Positions 61,277 to 64,000 of a stretch of DNA of 64,000 nt are shown one piece after another; the stretch's first letter is position 1, and the number at the start of each line of letters is the position of its first letter. Source of the DNA: Felis catus (taxonomy: Eukaryota). The translations under genes were made by a program, and so were the position numbers. The notes under the pieces are model-generated. The model searched no databases. It was not told where the DNA came from and worked only from the letters and a program-made list of their open reading frames with translations. The DNA is taken from assembly GCF_018350175.1 (NCBI RefSeq), contig NC_058368.1, positions 228,162,001 to 228,226,000 of the forward strand, read 5' to 3'.

Positions 61277-61620
61277 TTCATTCATTGCATGAATATTTAT
61301 TGAGAACCTACTACTGTATGCCAAGGCACAGACTAGGCACTTGGGGCACATCATAAAACAACAAGTAAATTGTGTAGTATGGGAGAAGCTAGTAGGCACT
61401 ATAAAAAAAGCAAAGCAGGAAAAGGGGGATGGGGAGTTATAGGGTATGTGGACTGGGAATTAACATTCTAAATGGGATATTTAGTGGGGTATCTAATGGG
61501 TAGGCCTCCCTGAGAGATGGACAAGTGAGTAAAGGCCTGGAGGAGCAGGGGTCGCTGGCCTTGGGGACTTGCAGAGGAAGAGTATCAAAGGAAGACAGCA
61601 TCAATGCTCTGGTGGGAGTC
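61277..61620 (-). mobile_element. L2 LINE 3' fragment
   Basis: ttcattcattgcatgaatatttattgagaacctactactgtatgccaaggcac. Confidence 0.7.
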
Positions 61621-62179
61621 AAGCCTCCCATGACTGAGGCTGGAGCCATGGTGTGTGTGTGGAGGGGGGGGGGGGTGATTGTGGAGCTCATCCTGCAGAT
61701 ACTGATTCTGTATCTGTTGAGGCATTGCTCGCAGGCAGGTCCCCTGTGCCACTGCACAATACAGCCCAGTGGAAGGCTAGGAAACAAATTTGCTGTCATG
61801 TTCTTGAATGTCTGGACAAAAAATATTTAAAGTAACTGTGGAAATGATGCTCGGGTCGAAATGGCTTTATCTACTACACCTTTCTAAGCCATCTCTTTAT
61901 AGATGAGACACAATTTTATCTATAGTAGGTGGGGGGGGGGGAGATTTTCATGTTTACCTGGAGAGTGGATTTGCAGAGGAACTTGAAAAGGACCCTGAAG
62001 GAGCAGTAGGGAAGGGGTGTGGGTAGGCACATGCTGTGCCCTGGGGGTGTGTGTGGGTCCACAGCCATATGTGAATAAATGCATATTCGTGTTTGTATAA
62101 ATATGCGTTTGCATATGTATCTTATAGAAACAACAAAGACTCATTTGGTTACACTTGAACTTAGAAATGTATGATTAAT

Positions 62180-62410
62180 GGGGCGTCTGGTTAGCTCAGT
62201 CCGTGAAGCATCCGACTCTTGGTTTTGGCTCAGGTCATGATCTCAGTGTCCCAGGGTCGTGAGATCAAGGTCTGTGTTGGGCTTTGTACTGATAACCCAG
62301 AGCCTACTTAGAATTCTCTCTCTCTCTCTCTCCCTCTCTCTCTGTGCCTCCCCTGCTCTTGGTTTCTCTCTCTCTCTCTCAAAATAAATAAAGAAACTTA
62401 AAAAGAAAAA
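62180..62410 (+). mobile_element. Can-SINE
   Basis: TSD agaaatgtatgatt. Confidence 0.92.
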
Positions 62411-63240
62411 AAGAAATGTATGATTTATGGACAATCTCTCTCTCTCTCTCTCTGTCTTTAATTCTTTGTCTCTAACCCTCGAACTCTTGCTCCTTAGGTT
62501 TCTTTATTTTTCAGTTTTCCTAAATCGAAGCACGTGGATGAACTGGGGAGACATCCCTTAGATGTTTGGTGTCGGGGTTGACTTTTTCGCCGAGCCCTTC
62601 CAATAATACTGTCTCATTGACTGGTCCTTCAGCTGATGGGCATTTACTGTGGCGAGTTGTTCCCGACAGCCTCAACTCAGGCACGAAATGCATTTCCTCA
62701 TGAAATGCATCCAGGTCTGGTTGAAATACCGTAAAGTGTGTTACAGTTTGGCATGATGATAGCAGATGTGGGATTAGGTTTAGCAAGACTAAGTGAAAAT
62801 AGTGACTTTGCTGATTTCTTGATGAGTGTCTCAAGCAGATTCTTTAACTTTTTTTCAGGCTTCAGCCTCCTCAGCTGTAAGACAAGGATAGTCAAATCTA
62901 CATCATCAGATTCTTGAGAAGTCATACAATTTCTGTAAATCTCGGCACATGGAACGTGTTCAGCAAATGATAGGCATTGTGATATTTTCTTTAGTATTTT
63001 AGTTTGTTTTGATTAGTCCCCGGCTGGCGTAGGCTGGACAGCTTTTGTGGGTCTTTGGCATTCAACAGTTTTAGAATGCTGCTTTATGAAACGGAGTGTC
63101 AGAATAAACTTCGGAATGCAGTTACGTTGTAAGATTGCTCTTTGCTGGTTATGTTTGGTGACAGTTACCCAGTGAGTGAACTCCCCTGCAGAGGGAGTTC
63201 ACTTGTTTGAAAATGTTATTTAAAGATTTTTTAAAAACGT

Positions 63241-63435
63241 TTTTGATTTTTTTTTAACATGTATTTATTTTTGAGACAGAGAGAGAGCATGAACAGGGGA
63301 GGGTCAGAGAAAGAGGGAGACACAGAATCTGAAACAGGCTCCAGGCTCTGAGCTGTCAGCACAGAGCCCGACGCGGGGCTCGAACCCACGGACCATGAGA
63401 TTATGACCTGAGCCGAAGTCGGACGCTTAACTGAC
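63241..63435 (-). mobile_element. Can-SINE nested in the tail of the next SINE
   Basis: TSD cgtttttgatttttt. Confidence 0.92.
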
Positions 63436-63436
63436 T

Positions 63437-63656
63437 GAGCCACCCAGGCGCTCCCGTTTTTGATTTTTTTGAGAAAGAGAGAGAGAGAGTGAGGGAGGAG
63501 GGGAGGAGCAGAAAGAGAGGGAGAGAGAAAATCCCAAGCAGGCTCTGTGCTGTCAGTGCAGAGCCCGACTCGGGGCTTGAACTCCCGAACCGCGAGATCA
63601 TGACCTGAGCCAAGATCAAGAGTGGGATGCTTAACCAACTTAGCCACCAGGCACCC
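63437..63656 (-). mobile_element. Can-SINE
   Basis: TSD tgaaaatgttatt (63208-63220 / 63657-63669) brackets both elements. Confidence 0.92.
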
Positions 63657-64000
63657 TGAAAATGTTATTCAGATAGCAACAGTACTTTGATACTGGTCTT
63701 TTAATTTGCTCATCTCCAAGGTGGGAAAGGATCAGTCCAGATGGCGTGCTAAATCTGCTTTGGCTGTACCGCTTTATAACTGTGTGGTGTAACTAGTATA
63801 CATTTTTTGTTATAAGAACACATCATTTTTACGAAGTATTACCTTAAAAATTGGAACTTACTTTTTCCGAAAGTAAGGGTTTCCAGAATGAAAGCAACAG
63901 TGTCTCAATCATCTTGAGAATTTATTTTGAATTATTCCTATTCCAACCATTTATTCATCAGAAGTACATTTAATCTGGTGCCATATTATCCAGGAATACC

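Overview
Mammalian genomic DNA, almost certainly from a felid, judging by the carnivore tRNA-derived Can-SINEs (including a very young SINEC_Fc-type copy) and felid-type L1 3' ends. The whole window lies inside DNAH5 (axonemal outer-arm dynein heavy chain 5) on the + strand. I traced 18 consecutive GT-AG coding exons (837-61129; 3,314 nt, about 1,104 codons), which from memory match human exons ~51-68. They encode the end of AAA3, AAA4 (Walker A GVGGSGKQ), the stalk and microtubule-binding domain, AAA5 and the following region. Splice phases chain correctly except in the first exon, where an extra A in an A7 run (963-969) frameshifts the gene to a TGA at 990-992; this is either a homopolymer error or a loss-of-function allele. 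The introns hold about 36 Can-SINEs, L1/L2/MIR fragments, hAT MITEs, a solo LTR and microsatellites. Other notable observations: an L1 with a ~77-bp 3' transduction, a CpG-rich TcMar-like MITE, a 295-bp tandem duplication starting at +5 of a splice donor, a SINE 22 nt upstream of an acceptor, and a SINE with tandem B-box repeats. I found no support for a novel multi-gene system. Exon coordinates were counted base by base; repeat boundaries are approximate, and repeat family names are from recall, not a search.
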